From assembly GCF_964204645.1 (NCBI RefSeq), contig NC_134033.1:8316655-8380654 (forward strand): DNA of 64,000 nucleotides, given 5' to 3'. The stretch comes from Tubulanus polymorphus (lineage: Eukaryota; Animalia; Nemertea). Shown piece after piece: positions 40,391 through 53,264 of the stretch. Both the position numbers and the translations under genes were made by a program. Each line of letters opens with the position of its first letter. The first letter of the stretch is position 1. The notes below the pieces were generated by a model, which was not told the origin of the DNA, made no database searches, and saw only the letters and a program-made list of their open reading frames with translations.

Positions 40391-40506
40391 CACTGCCTGG
40401 TGAAAAGGGAGAAAAAGGTCTACACGGTTTGGATGGTGAAAAAGGTGCCCGAGGAATGAAGGGCGCTCAGGGTATTCCTGGATTGACTGGTATGAAAGGA
40501 GGAAAG
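40391..40506 (+). CDS. COL4A2: Exon 14 (116 bp) ALPGEKG...GMKGGK
   Basis: TTCAG/GTAATA, phase 1 to 0. Confidence 0.92.
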
Positions 40507-40646
40507 GTAATATATTTCTATTTTCCATATTTACTTTAAGTATATAATGGTCAATGATAGTTTTAGGATGTGTGCAGGAATCTTTAATACTGTCCTTGAA
40601 GTATTTCATGAATCCATCTTTGTGATATTTTGATGTGGCATTTTAG

Positions 40647-41013
40647 GGCGATGTTGGCAAACCTGGGCGTGATGGCATTGACGGGCGACCAGGTTTACCA
40701 GGGCAAAAAGGAAGTAAAGGTCAGGTTGGACTCGGCATAATTGGTATGAAGGGTACGAGAGGTGATCGTGGCAAAGATGGTATGCCTGGTTTCAATGGAG
40801 TCAAAGGAGTAAAAGGTGAACCAGGCAATATTCTTGCTAAAGGCAGTAAAGGAGATCCAGGTCAGTCTGGTCTACCAGGACGTCCTGGGGTTGATGGAAG
40901 TAAAGGGGATAAAGGCGTACCTGGATTAAAAGGAGGGCGTGGATTAGAAGGTGTTCCTGGTCTGAAGGGTGAAAGAGGTGAATCTGGAACACCTGGCAGA
41001 CCTGGTGTAAATG
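40647..41013 (+). CDS. COL4A2: Exon 15 (367 bp) GDVGKPG...GRPGVN
   Basis: TTTTAG/GTAAGT. Confidence 0.95.
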
Positions 41014-41145
41014 GTAAGTATAGAATACAATGAATTGGTAATCCATTCTAGCTCTGAATTGGTTTTTCACAAATGATTTAAGCTGTTGAAATGGTTTAAA
41101 CCTTTGGCTCCAAATTCCTATTATTGCCTATTTGATTATTCGTAG

Positions 41146-41367
41146 GCTTACCTGGGGAAAAAGGAGACCTTGGTCCAGCAGGCCCTGCCGGTGTTCCTGG
41201 ATTGAATGGACCTAAAGGGTTGACTGGTAGAGACGGATTAAATGGTGCTAAAGGTGAACGTGGAGCTGATGGTCTGCCAGGAGTTGGACTGAAAGGAAGT
41301 CGAGGTGTTGCTGGTATACCAGGCCAGAAAGGAGATAAAGGATTAGTGGGATTACCTGGTCTTGATG
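41146..41367 (+). CDS. COL4A2: Exon 16 (222 bp) GLPGEKG...GLPGLD
   Basis: CGTAG/GTGTGT, phase 1-1. Confidence 0.9.
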
Positions 41368-41650
41368 GTGTGTACCTCTTTTTATGATATCACATTTAAT
41401 AAAATTTTATGGTATCACATTATGCATGTAATTTGGTTACTGCTAGTTAACTTGATACAGCTAAGATAAATACAGCTCTAAAAACGTGTGTTGAATTATA
41501 GGTGTGAATAAACAATCAAATTCAATATCATCCTGTTAAAAAATGAGAGCCAACAATTTTTCCACAATTGTTGGGAACGATATCTTCTTAGCAGTTAATC
41601 AGCATTCTATGAGTATCCTGATGTAAAGTATGATACATTTTGATTCTCAG

Positions 41651-41983
41651 GTGAACCAGGACCACGCGGATTCTCCGGTGAAAAAGGAATGGATGGCTTC
41701 CCGGGTATTCCTGGTGTTGTTGGAGACAAAGGTGATAAAGGAGACCCAGGAATCGGCGGTGAACGAGGATTGCCCGGGTTACCAGGTTTACCTGGTAAAG
41801 ATGGGCCCCGAGGTCTTCGTGGTCTTAAAGGCGAACGTGGAAATAATGGATTCGCCGGACTGCCTGGTGACAAAGGTCAGAAAGGTGAAACAGGCAAGAA
41901 TGGACTGGCTGGAATTCCTGGCTTGGATGGACCGAAAGGACGCGAGGGACCAAAGGGAAATGAAGGCAAACCAGGACCGATAG
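41651..41983 (+). CDS. COL4A2: Exon 17 (333 bp) GEPGPRG...GKPGPI
   Basis: CTCAG/GTACCT, phase 1-1. Confidence 0.92.
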   Translation: MNQDHADSPVKKEWMASRVFLVLLETKVIKETQESAVNEDCPGYQVYLVKMGPEVFVVLKANVEIMDSPDCLVTKVRKVKQARMDWLEFLAWMDRKDARDQREMKANQDR

Positions 41984-42103
41984 GTACCTAATAATATCCC
42001 TTGCTTTGTCTCTCTAACTTAGTGACTCTTATTAAAGTTATGTATTTGGCTTCTGACACTAAGACAGATGCATTTCTATGAATTGCCTAAATTTCTATTT
42101 TAG

Positions 42104-42247
42104 GACCAAAGGGTGCTATGGGTATGATGGGCTTCCCAGGTATGGATGGTAAAAATGGCAAGGATGGAAACCCTGGAATCTCAGGACCTTCGGGAGACCC
42201 TGGACCAGCAGGACTTCCTGGTCTACCTGGTGCTGATGGACCAAAAG
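42104..42247 (+). CDS. COL4A2: Exon 18 (144 bp) GPKGAMG...GADGPK
   Basis: TTTTAG/GTTTGC, phase 1-1. Confidence 0.92.
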
Positions 42248-42349
42248 GTTTGCTATCCAATAATTCATATCATGTTTTATGAAAATTGTGAAAATTTAAT
42301 GTATTTAAGGATCATGATAATTTTCAAATCATGTTTTCCTATTTTCTAG

Positions 42350-42657
42350 GTGACAAAGGTGTTAGCGGATTCCCTGGATTGAATGGAGAAAAAGGTGAAT
42401 CCGGAAAAGCAACATTTGCCGAGAAAGGTGACAAAGGCGAGATCGGATTAACAGGAAGACAAGGTGAAAGAGGTGCAGAAGGCTTACCTGGAATTCCTGG
42501 AGAAAAAGGAGATCGCGGTGACCCAGGTTTGGGTCGAGAAGGGCCTCGTGGTATGAAAGGTGGAAAGGGTAACCCCGGGCTTGTCGGCAGAGATGGTCCT
42601 GCTGGTCCTAAAGGAGCCGATGGTCTGCCTGGATTTCCTGGTATGGATGGCAAAAAG
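42350..42657 (+). CDS. COL4A2: Exon 19 (308 bp) GDKGVSG...GMDGKK
   Basis: TTCTAG/GTAAGA, phase 1 to 0. Confidence 0.95.
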
Positions 42658-42744
42658 GTAAGAGGTTACCTCTAATAGACCATTTCACATGTTAAAGATG
42701 ATGAGGGGAGATGCTGAGTTATAACCCACTTTGGACCTTAGTTG

Positions 42745-42930
42745 AGAGGGGCAGTGGCCAAGTGGTTTAAGCCGCTGGTCACTAGTCTAGTCAATCCAGG
42801 GTTTATGGGTTCAAACTCTGGTGGTGACAGGGTTTCTTGGTCGAATGTTCTCCTCTGGTCTCTCCCCCATTGGAAAAAAAGAAACATCGAACCCACTAAT
42901 AATGCCCTGCGGTGCTCAGTGGGTTAGGAG
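42745..42930 (+). mobile_element. Decayed tRNA-derived SINE head
   Basis: A box TGGCCAAGTGG, B box-like GGTTCAAACTC. No valid cloverleaf. Confidence 0.55.
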
Positions 42931-43189
42931 AATTTTTAAAAAATATAGCTGCAAAGCAGCGATAACGGGTTTTCTGCACAGTCTTAGAATCCTGTTCAAC
43001 GGTGGATTTCGACAAAGCATTTGATAAGGCACAACATCAGCCATTACTAACTAAACAGGCTATTAGGAAACAGTATCAATGATAGGTCGCCCAAGATAGT
43101 ATCCTAAGTCGTCTTCTGTTTAATGTCCTGACAAATGACATACACAGTAATCCAAAATATACCAGACCGAGTAAATGTCCAAAACGAAC

Positions 43190-43720
43190 TTAACACGCAG
43201 TTCGACCAAAAAACTTAACGTTCCGACAAGAAAATCTTGTTCGAGTGAATTTAGTTTGGTTGAACAATACGCTTTTTGTTTGAACCAAAACTTTCTTCAT
43301 TCTGACAAAAAAATATGTTCGAATGAAAAGCTATGTTATTGTTGAAATGAAAACTTGTTTGAAAAATTTGGTTGAGCGAAAACAATTTTTTCGAACGAAT
43401 GTTAGAATGAAAACAATTCTGTTCGATTGAACGAAATACTTAATACTTTTGGTTCGGAGAAAAAACTTTTTACAATATACTTGTTCGAACGAAAAACTTA
43501 ATGTTCTGACAAGAAAATTCTGTTCAAATTAAAACAATTCTGTTTTCGAACGAAAAACCTTTCGTTTGGAAAAAGAAAAGTTTGTTCAACTTTGTTCTTA
43601 CAATTTTTCAAATTGGTTCAATCGAAAAGCATATTATTGGTTGGAACGAAATAAATTTTGTTCCGATGAAAGAATTTTCAAGCGAAAGGTCTTTTGAACG
43701 AATAAAAAGATATTTCTGGG
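43190..43720. repeat. Degenerate tandem repeat rich in TTCGAACGAAAA / TTCTGACAAGAAAA
   Basis: Recurring motifs near 43207, 43288, 43390, 43483 and 43545. Confidence 0.55.
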
Positions 43721-43736
43721 GCTCCGCGGTAACTTA

Positions 43737-44047
43737 AAACCGGACGTAGGTCGGCCTTGTGACGCGATGCAATCCTCGCGTTGCATCGCAAGTTTCGGCG
43801 CAAGTCGGTTGCCATACAATTGTGTGCGAGTAGCTTCTGCTAGTCGCAAGAGCGCATAGGTCGGTTGTGACAGTCGACAGAAATAAGAACACGTGCGACT
43901 CCTTGTGACTGGCGTTGCTGACAGTCGCAACCCGTCCAAAAGGGAGCGTAGGTCGATGAGTCGTTGCGACACAATCGTCGCTGGTGGTCGCAGTGAATGG
44001 CGTCGCAGTGAGTTACATGCCGTCGCAAAGCCAACCTACGCCCGCCT
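43737..44047. mobile_element. PIF/Harbinger-like MITE
   Basis: Imperfect TIRs (CGTAGGTCGGCCTTGTGACG / CGTCGCAAAGCCAACCTACG) in TTAA context, CpG-rich GTCGCA repeats. Confidence 0.7.
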
Positions 44048-45769
44048 TAACTCATTAGGAATTAATGAAATACCACTTTCATTTATGATGAAAAACTCAA
44101 ATGAAAAGTCTGGCTTATAAAGCTGTCTGCTCAGACGAAATTTTCAAAAAGAAATCTTCATTTTTGCCAATAAAATAGATAATTGTGATTGATCGTTGCG
44201 AGTCAGAACCAGTAAATCACTAATTAACATGCATTTTAATAAATCTGATTCCTCCTTTACAGTGAATTTAGCTTTAACCTAGTAGAGGCTACTAGTCTAC
44301 GTAGGCCTATGTATATGCGTAGGCCTAACATCCGGACAGGTTTGTCGTAGGCCTATTGAATAACAACCCTCCTAAATATCGTAAATTTTGTTTTGAAGTT
44401 CAATCCAATGAGTCCGTTAATAACCGCAACATTTATACTGTGTTTGTTTGAGACAGTAAAGGTCAGTACCGGTAGGCCTAAAGCCTTAAGGTCGCGGAAA
44501 ACTCGATAAACACTTCAAGCGACCCAGCAAACGATCTCCTTTCCCCCACAGCGAACGCTTACTCCGAATGTCAAGTGTGAGTCCAGCATACGGATAGGAG
44601 TGTGTTATATACTTGTATTTAGTAAAAACATTGTGCATTTGACAATGATCGGTATGTACTGTAGGAAATATAGAGTATTGATGGTATTGATAAATAGAGG
44701 TTGAAGCCGGCGGCCGAATAAAGTAATATATTCTTTTATTTTGATACCTCGTCGACATAACAACTTTTCTCCGCTATATCTCTTCAGCGTGTTTAGTTTA
44801 GGCCTACGACTCTCCGGAACACTAAAGATTTATCTTAGTATATACACGGTTAATTTGGTAAAGAAAAATAGGTATTGTTAAACTAACTCCTTGAAACCCG
44901 CAGCCAAATCACTGGTAATAATAAATTAATTTGTACTCGATTTGATTTGATTCTCATGATGAGGAGAAACTCGCAGCTGATCCACTGAATGACGATGTAG
45001 TGACACACGTCGATTCGTCGATGTTTACGGCTCAAAGGTGCTTTTAAAATCTAAAGTAGTAAATTTCCAGTGTATCAGTAATATGATAAGCCCCACGTTG
45101 GGCCCCAATGTTGTAACCGCAAAAAAAAGCATGTGCGGGTTACTGATTAAAGAGGCCTCGACGACTGGCTTGAAGAAACAGCGACAAAATCCTCACAGTT
45201 GACTGCTCACCATCCGGGACAACAACCTGAATATTAAATAACAAAACGAGCATGAACCATATGATCATGAAGTTTATTACATCAACCTGATTCTCACAAT
45301 GACCAGGCAAAACTGATCTGGTCAGCTGATATCAGGTGTTCCTCAGAGGGCAGCACAATACAACCATGAAGCAAGTTGAGCTAATAGCTGCAATGAAAAT
45401 ACTGGCTACCACAACTTGATGAGGAAAATGGGCTACTGTTATAATTACTGTTTGAAGACCGCGGCTGAATGTGAAGTTTGCGGCAATAAATTAGTTCATT
45501 TATACTTGAATTGATAATCGAAGTGACAATCGGCCTGCGGGTTGATTTCGGGATGACGACTCGAAAAACATGTCGCCCCATTGAATGGGGCTAGATTTTC
45601 GATGTTTACGGCCCTACAGTGCTGTTGTAACGATGATTCGTGAGAAAACACGCGAAGTATTTGTAGATCTCAGTGAGCTGAACGATATCATATGGATTGT
45701 ATCGACAACAGTGGCAAGGTAACAAAGCCTTAGTTGTTTTAGTGAAAATAGTGTGACATAAAATAATAA

Positions 45770-45828
45770 TAAGAAGAAACACGCGAATCTCAATAGGGTT
45801 TTCTGTGATGTAACAGAAAACCTAATAA
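45770..45828 (-). mobile_element. 5' terminus of a minus-strand HINE-like element
   Basis: Minus strand TTATTAGG plus hairpin GGTTTTCTGT/ACAGAAAACC, followed by a CTT/ATT microsatellite. Other end not located. Confidence 0.5.
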
Positions 45829-45829
45829 A

Positions 45830-46950
45830 TCTTTAGTCCCAGCAGGGAATTCACTTTTGTCAGTTGTCAGTTCAGACAAAATCCAGTTATTTTGAGAAGT
45901 TTTGAAGATGCTTCAATGGATTGTCTTGATCTTTGGTTTATGCATGTATCTACCCTAGATACATCGTCTATACGAAAGCTGGCCCGGTCAGAATCAAGAT
46001 GGCTGACTGGCAGCCATTGCTGTTCAACAGAATCTGCACATTTTACACATGTATGAAGTTCTGAAGGGATATTTTGAAAAAAGCTTTGATCAATTATCTT
46101 GATTTTTAACATATGTTTATATCCCCCATGATGCATTAGCATTAGAAAAATTGGGTTGATTGGACACAAGATGGCCGTCGTGTGACCTTTCTCATGCCCA
46201 AAAAGGTCATGTTTGCCCTGAATTCTGAGACCTGTACGTTCCAAATGATTTCCGTTTTTCCTTGAAGTTCTTGTCAGTTATATTCTGACAAGGGCTCTTA
46301 AATATATCAGACATACTATTTGATCAGTCGAGCATGACACAATCGGCAACCATCTTAGTGTCATCAGTCCTCATTTAAAGATAGAAAAAGGTACTATACA
46401 AATGGATCGAATTTAAATGACATGGTTTCCAGAGCTAATTAGGCCCTTTGACTGTGCATATAATCATACAAATCTTTCATTAAAGCATTATCCATGCTCC
46501 AAATCCTATTGAGGAAATTTGAATGCAAAATTATTGGTTTTGCTTATCAGAAAGCAAAGACTCCTCTATGATTGGCTGAGCCGTAGAAATCAGTAGGTGT
46601 TCACATTTACCCGCGGTATCGTCTACTTCCAGGTTTTATTTTAAGATTGTGAATTGTATTTCAAGATTGATTTCTGTGAATTTCTAAGTTGATTTGGTTT
46701 TTGGGAGGAATATTTTTATTTGCACTACCGAAAATATCATTGACAATTATGCCAAGTCCAGGAAAAATAGCTTATTCTCACTTCACATGGATGAACTTGA
46801 TATGCTCTAGCTATGCGCTCAAACTGTAAATGCAATCAAATTTTATTCTGCAAAAAATATATCCAATTCAATTTGTTTTATTGAGCAAATTTTAGAAAAT
46901 CCAATTCAATTCTATTCCGCATTCAGATCAATAAGACCAAGGGAAAGATT
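45830..46950 (+). mobile_element. HINE-like family B copy
   Basis: CAAGATGGC units as in 12738 and 63728. Distal part colinear with 53590-54045. Confidence 0.75.
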
Positions 46951-47034
46951 GATCCGCGGTATCTGTTCCTGCCAGCTCCCTGTATGTGCTACTTGGGGAA
47001 ACACGATTGTACTGTGTAAATTATTGGTATTGAC

Positions 47035-47172
47035 ACAGGGGCCTGATGCAAAAAGTTTTTGACCCCAGTGTATCCTAAGTACTGTATATAAAAAGACTTA
47101 TATATAAAAGGCTTTTTATATATAGTACCTAGGATACACTGGGGTCAAAAACTTTTTGTTTCAGGTCCCTGT
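47035..47172. mobile_element. Hairpin MITE (138 bp) with 10-bp TSD, MULE-like
   Basis: Near-perfect palindrome ACAGGG...CCCTGT. TGGTATTGAC duplicated at 47025-47034 and 47173-47182. Confidence 0.85.
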
Positions 47173-47408
47173 TGGTATTGACTCTTAGTGAGCTGGGAGT
47201 GTATTTTGACAAAACCCACCGAAAGCATCATTTGCCGTTTTATGAAAAGCTGACGGGCTGGCCGTAGTTATCGGGCTCTTGTTACCTTATAAAGCTAGAT
47301 TGAATTGAACAAGAAAATAATTATTTTTTCATTGTTTGCACTTTAGATTACCATACTGGCCTATAGGAAACTAATGCAGTTCGATAGGTTTTTTCTTATT
47401 TCTTGTAG

Positions 47409-47472
47409 GGAAATGCTGGTTTGAAGGGCAATAGTGGAATTCCTGGACAAAACGGTGTTCCTGGCATGAAAG
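47409..47472 (+). CDS. COL4A2: Exon 20 (64 bp) GNAGLKGNSGIPGQNGVPGMK
   Basis: Seven triplets, TTGTAG acceptor, GTGATG donor. Needed to bridge phase 0 (exon 19) to phase 1 (exon 21). Confidence 0.88.
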
Positions 47473-48057
47473 GTGATGATTTAACATTTTTGCTGCTTCA
47501 CTTCTATTATGTTCTGCTTCTTGTGTTCTGAAGCCTGTGTGAAAAAATTCAAGGGGGGCATTGAATATTGAAATTGGCAGATGGTCTGGTATTACTGTCC
47601 CTGGACTACTACAAAGTTGCTTTTTCAACCCACTTGGCACTTAAATCACAAATAGTCATGGCAAACTGCGGTGCACCCACCATGACGATTTATCTCGTTA
47701 GCAGCAGCGAACGTGTTAACAGAATCCTGTTATTTTGGGAAGTCTGGAAGAAGCTTCAAGGAATAGTCTTGATATTTGGATATTTAGCTATTATGACAAT
47801 GTCTGGAAATAGGTTGTGTATGTAACCTGTTGTGCAAAGCACACACCGTGGTCTCTGCGAAATGTGTTCCCGGAACGAAAACGTTCCAGGATTTTGGCTT
47901 TAAAAGCTTACATCATTGTATCACACAGAATGCTGATGATAGTTGTTCGTAATCGTTTTAGAAATATTAAAGTTTATCCGCAAGTTGTTGAAATTATTCA
48001 TTTACAAAGTCAAATACAATGTGAACAGACACCTTGAAAATATTGTTTGTAGATGTT

Positions 48058-49085
48058 TTAACCCTTTGAGTACTAGGAATCAGAAATGTATCAGATACAG
48101 TTATTGTACCATATGGGGTGTATATCATCCATGGCTACCTATTCATGAAAAGATACTTTGGATGACCTAATTTTTGGTCATGTGATCCAATATGGCCACC
48201 GTGAATGAAAAAGAGGACAAAAAATTGCGTATAAACATCATTTATTGCAAGAAAAAAATTACTAGGTCCATTAAACCAACTAATCTGCTAAACTATGGAT
48301 GTTTGCAATAATTTCATGAAGTGAAAATACCGGGAAAAATCTGAAAACACATTTATGATAATGATTTACGACATTTATTAATTTATTATTAATTCATAAC
48401 AATTTATAATAACATTTATGCATTTTTGTTCAGGCGGGATATCAGTGCATTTTGGTGCAAAAAACCAGTTGTTACAAAATGCTGTTTGATAATTTTGATT
48501 CCAATTATCAAAGCATGGGAACCCCTATATTTGCCATTTTGAACATTCTTAAGTCAAAATAAGTAACCTGAGAGCCAAACAGCATTCATCTAGTGGGGTT
48601 CAGGGTGAAAATGCCACCGAAAAGTCAACAGCTGGTTTTTCCATTAGGATGTACAAAGTGTTATAGAAATCATTCACTGATTCACCAGAATCATAAGGCC
48701 TATATCCATAGGCAAATCGTGTCCATAGCCACCTGCCCACAGTCTTCCTCTTAAATTTCAGTTTCAGCTTTCATCGGAATGATCAGAATTAGGCCTATCA
48801 CCAGGCAAATCTGATTCGAAGTTGGCATCATTTTGAGAGCTGTTTCCATGCCAACAGAATCACATTCATCAATGGTCCATTTCATGATCAGATGAATCCG
48901 CATCATTTGAATCATAATTTTGAATTCTGAATTTCCTTTGGACTCACCCAAGTCTACATTCTCGTCCTCACTATCTTCGTCATTAAATATACATCGTTCC
49001 ACTTCATCTGCAGTCATTGTAACTTTTCTTCGTTTATTTGACATCTTTTTTGATCAAGAAGTTCAAAGCAAGGCTAATCCAATTT
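48058..49085 (-). mobile_element. piggyBac-like remnant, internally deleted
   Basis: TTAA-CCCTTTG terminus at 48058. Minus-strand ORF start MSNKRRKVTMTADEVERCIFNDEDSEDE resembles the acidic N-terminus of piggyBac transposases. No catalytic domain or second end found. Confidence 0.55.
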
Positions 49086-49119
49086 CATTCAGCATTTATT
49101 AGTCAGAAAAACAAATCGA

Positions 49120-49733
49120 TCTGAGGTATTTTTTCTTGCTTGTCCACTACTGTATGTTATTTGCAAACTCATTTGCAAATATATAAAGGACATCATCACT
49201 CCAAACCTAGACACATCCTCAGCCCCAAAACCGGCCCCATCAGAATCAAGATGGCTGTCCAGGGGCTGACCCAGGGACAATGTCAAGGTAGTACAACTTA
49301 CACAAAGGGCATTTTGAAATAAAAACGGCATTCTGGAATTTAGAAAATCTGCTTTTTGCTGCAATTTCCTAGCAATTTATGTCCTGGTGCTAAGTGCTTT
49401 CAAGCCAAATTTTGAAGACACTTTGATCAATTACCTTGATGTTTCGTATATATTTTAATCCCCCAAACACCCATCAGCATCACAAAAATTGGGTGGATTG
49501 GACTCAAGATGACCATCCTACGACCTTTTTAGTGCCCAAAAATGTCAATTTTGGTAGAATTCTGAGTCCTGTAGCTTCCTACTGGTTTGCCATTTCTCAT
49601 TGCAATTGTTGATGGGTATTCTTTGGAAAGGGATGTTTTATACCTGAGACAGGAATTTTTGATCAGCCAATTATGACGCAATTGGCGGCCATCTTGGTAT
49701 CATCAGTACACATTCGTAGGTGGGAAAAGGGTT
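49120..49733 (+). mobile_element. HINE-like family B fragment
   Basis: Colinear with 45870-46390 and 12830-13130. Confidence 0.7.
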
Positions 49734-49734
49734 T

Positions 49735-50285
49735 TGATTGATTGATTGATTGATTTTATTTTCATAGAACATAGTTTAATATAATAATTTATCGTACAAA
49801 ATACCACAATGAACTATGAAGGACTCGTCCAGAGCCTGAAGGCTGTGGCTCTGAACAGAGTGGACGAGCCCCGGTGACTATGAAATGGATGATGACAATG
49901 ATACAAATGTCAATATTATAAGGCTTATCTATGGTAAGCTATTTTCAAAACAATATACAACATACAATGGTAATACTACAATAACTATTATACACCATAA
50001 ACATACCATGATAGAATATTTTAGGGGGACGGGATAAATATTCAATATCTATTGATGAGCTGTTTTTTGTAGAGCCTGGTGAATGAATGAATTGATGGAG
50101 ATTTTCTGATTGTGTTATCGATTGTTTGCCAAATGACTGGAACTTTGTTAAGAAACAATTCTCGACATTATATTTTCGACATTATATTGATACCTAAGCA
50201 TATTTTGATACTACAATGAATTGGAAAGTTGTAGCATATAACATGTTCTATGAATGTGGTGAGTTTCAAGGTCATTGGTCTTTGT
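49735..50285 (-). mobile_element. L2/Crack-type LINE 3' remnant
   Basis: Minus 50143-50042 encodes VPVIWQTIDNTIRKSPSIHSFTRLYKKQLINRY-stop, like an L2/Crack ORF2 end. 3' stem-loop at 49820-49870, AATAAA plus (ATCA)n tail. Confidence 0.75.
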
Positions 50286-51495
50286 ATATGGTCACCAGGG
50301 GGCGTTGAATATTGAAATTGTTAGATTGTTAAAATGTAAAAAAAAGGGCACGAGATTTTCGTGATGGTAGCACGTTCTTACGTTGCTAATGTCTGAACCG
50401 GGGCCTGTTGTAGAATGTACAGGCCAGTGAAGAATTGGGAACTCGTCAACGACCAACCCAAGACGACTAGCATTTGATATAAAATGCACACAGATTTATT
50501 CTTGACCACATATTTATACAAACAGTAACAATGAATTTGACATCAGTACAGAGAGCATTCTGACACAAGGGTTTACTATATAATCGCGTCAGTAGACAGA
50601 TTTTCTTTAAAACTTCTTGATTTAATCAATGGGAGACATGTTAGGCTTTATTGATTACTTGGAGCACGGATCCTCTGAAATTCTGCCAATAAACTTCATG
50701 CTGAAAATAGGTATTTCTTTTTTTCTTGATAGTTTCCGTCCTTATTTTCGATCTAATCATCTGCAAAAGCCAGTTTTCGCCCATCATTTGAATTCAATCC
50801 AATGTATTCGAATTCATTTTTTCTGCAGTCATATTTTATTTTTTCCCATTTGCCCTTATATTTTTAATGGTAAAGTATTACTTGCTTAATTCGGATCGGT
50901 TTTATTCAGATTTTCACTGATTTCGGACCGAAATTGCTAGGTCATTCCAAGTCGAATGAGAGCACATAATTCAGATTTAATTTAATTCTGACAAACGTTT
51001 CCAGTCACAGGTGATTGGAATTAAGTGAGTTCTACTGTAAAATCTGTACTCCATCTAATCAAGATGACATTAATGTCACATTTGGTTACTAGCTCGTAAA
51101 TAAGCTCATTTCTTAAAAGGTTGCTGCAATTGGTAGTGAATTTGGCATAACAAAGGCAGTGAATGGCAATTTGGGTCAGCAGTGGCACAGTGAACCTTGT
51201 CCAGAGTATATTTACTGACGTTTAATTTTGATACTGGATTAAACATACACTATCATGTAAATTAAGGACAGTTCATATTAAGAATTTCGTTTCTTGTTGA
51301 AGTTTTTAAGGGAGATTTTGAAGATTCTCAATTATCTCGATACTACTTATATGTATTGTATCCCCCCCTGGGCCCATCAGCATGAGAAAAATTGGGTCAC
51401 TTGTTCACAAGATGGCTATCATTTGACCATGTTGTACCCAAAAAGGTCATTTTTGGCCTGAATTTTGAGACCTGTAGTTTCCTTATGGTTTGCCA

Positions 51496-53153
51496 TTTTT
51501 AGCATTGGTTGACGTCTATGCAGTCATTAACAAAATTGTTATTTAAAACTCGTCTTTTCTCTCGATCAGTATACGTATATTTAATATTCTCTGCTAAACT
51601 GTTTGTAGATATCTCGCATATATACGCTAGCAATTCCAAACACAAGCAATTTATACTCGTTTATTGTCACTCACGTTACATGTATTCAACTCTTGTCATA
51701 GGTAATTACCCCTAGTTTGTTTTGCTTTTTTAATCCTCTTAGTTTGCTTCTGTCCTGATTACATGTACTTACATTTGTGGCTTCGTTTTTGTGTCTGTTT
51801 GTCATTGCCGGGAAATCCTTTGAAAAAAATTGTCACTTGAAATCCCGCTCGCCCGAAAAATCATCGCACTAAGTAGAGGTAAAATAAAATCCACGTGCCC
51901 GCAACAGAAGTCTTTGATAGTACGAATCTAATAACCTCGCGCAACTGATCTACTATCAGCTGCGGGAAGTACCGGGTCTAATTACCTCGCGCAACCTATC
52001 ATGAGAATATCCTAGCTGCGCGAAGTAACAACTCGCGCAACTGATCATTACGCGATCGCGTAACTGGTTCGCGCAGGTCGTCAGTTTCTGACCTTTACAT
52101 ACCTGATTATTCCCAACAAGATAGCGTCGGTAGATTCCTGATTAATTGGCCCAAAGTATTCTGTCACATTTTTCTCGATAATTATGTGGTAGATGAGAGG
52201 GGGTTGAGCAATTGCATAGTGATATGTCCGTATTTACATTGGCAGTAAAGAATGGGGAATGAATAGAAAAACATAAATCTATGTAACCCCGGTATAGGAA
52301 TATCATAGTTTTTAAATATCACTGTTATTCATCCTATCAGAAGCAATGAGATTAATTGGGATTAATTCTCAGCGGCAGAATATATATTTCTAGTGGAACG
52401 GTTGGCCTACTCATGACTGAACCCCGTATAGGAAAGTTATGTGATCCATTTGATGAAGACACGAAACATCATGCTTGCATCCACTATCGGTGCTGAGTGA
52501 CAAGTGGGTTCGAGTCCTGCAAGCTGCTTACAGTGTGCGGGCAACACTTCAAAGGCCGTCCCGTCGTGTGGTTAAATGGACAATCCAATAGGGTTAAAGA
52601 CCAAGGTCTGAACGACGTAAACAAACAATAAGACAAACAAGCAATCATCAGCCTGCCTCAGTGGTCCATCAACGCCGGCATCGCTCTCTGTTCGTACATT
52701 TTTCCGGTTGATCTACCTATTATGCAACAGTTCTGTTTTTGTTTTCATTGTTCAGCAATAGGGCCGAACAGTTCATGCAAGAAACACCACAGTCAGTTGA
52801 GATTACCCTTACAGTTGTACGTTAAATACGAATCTTGTGTAGGCGAAATTTGTTGTATTTAAATGTGTTTTTGTATACGAATCTTGATTGATATAAATCT
52901 CTTGGCTGGGACATGATGGAAAACATCAGAATAAACTAGTTTCATGTTTAACCGAATCGCATTAATGAGGCTTAACAATACAAATAGGGTAGGCTAAATT
53001 GTTTGGCAGAAAAATGAAATTCATTCAATTCTTAGTTTGTGGTCCTCCCAATCAACATCGTCATAGAACAATTTTCGGCAGATGTAAAGCATTAAACTAC
53101 TTAATACACACTATTATCTACCAATGCTTCAAGGCCCATGGGCCGATCTTGTT
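51496..53153 (+). mobile_element. HINE-like family A, copy 2, nested in a family B fragment (51290-51500, 53154-53200)
   Basis: SubTIRs AGCATTGGT / ACCAATGCT, 3' hairpin GGCCCATGGGCC, then CTTGTT. Confidence 0.85.
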
Positions 53154-53264
53154 CATTGAAATTTGTAATGGGTATACCTATGTTCAGGAAAACAGATTGT
53201 TGAGCATTTCAAACCAAGCTCATAACATGGTCTATCATTATGGTGAATTTTAAGGTAATTGGTA

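Noticed and set aside
41607-42653. Minus-strand Pro-rich ORFs (also 33835, 54307, 61770)
   Set aside because: They are antisense shadows of Gly codons (GGN reads NCC) and coincide exactly with collagen exons.
52445-52475. Second hammerhead (TGATGAAGACACGAAACATC)
   Set aside because: Lacks the core C and a credible stem II; the paralog near 57637 does not conserve it.
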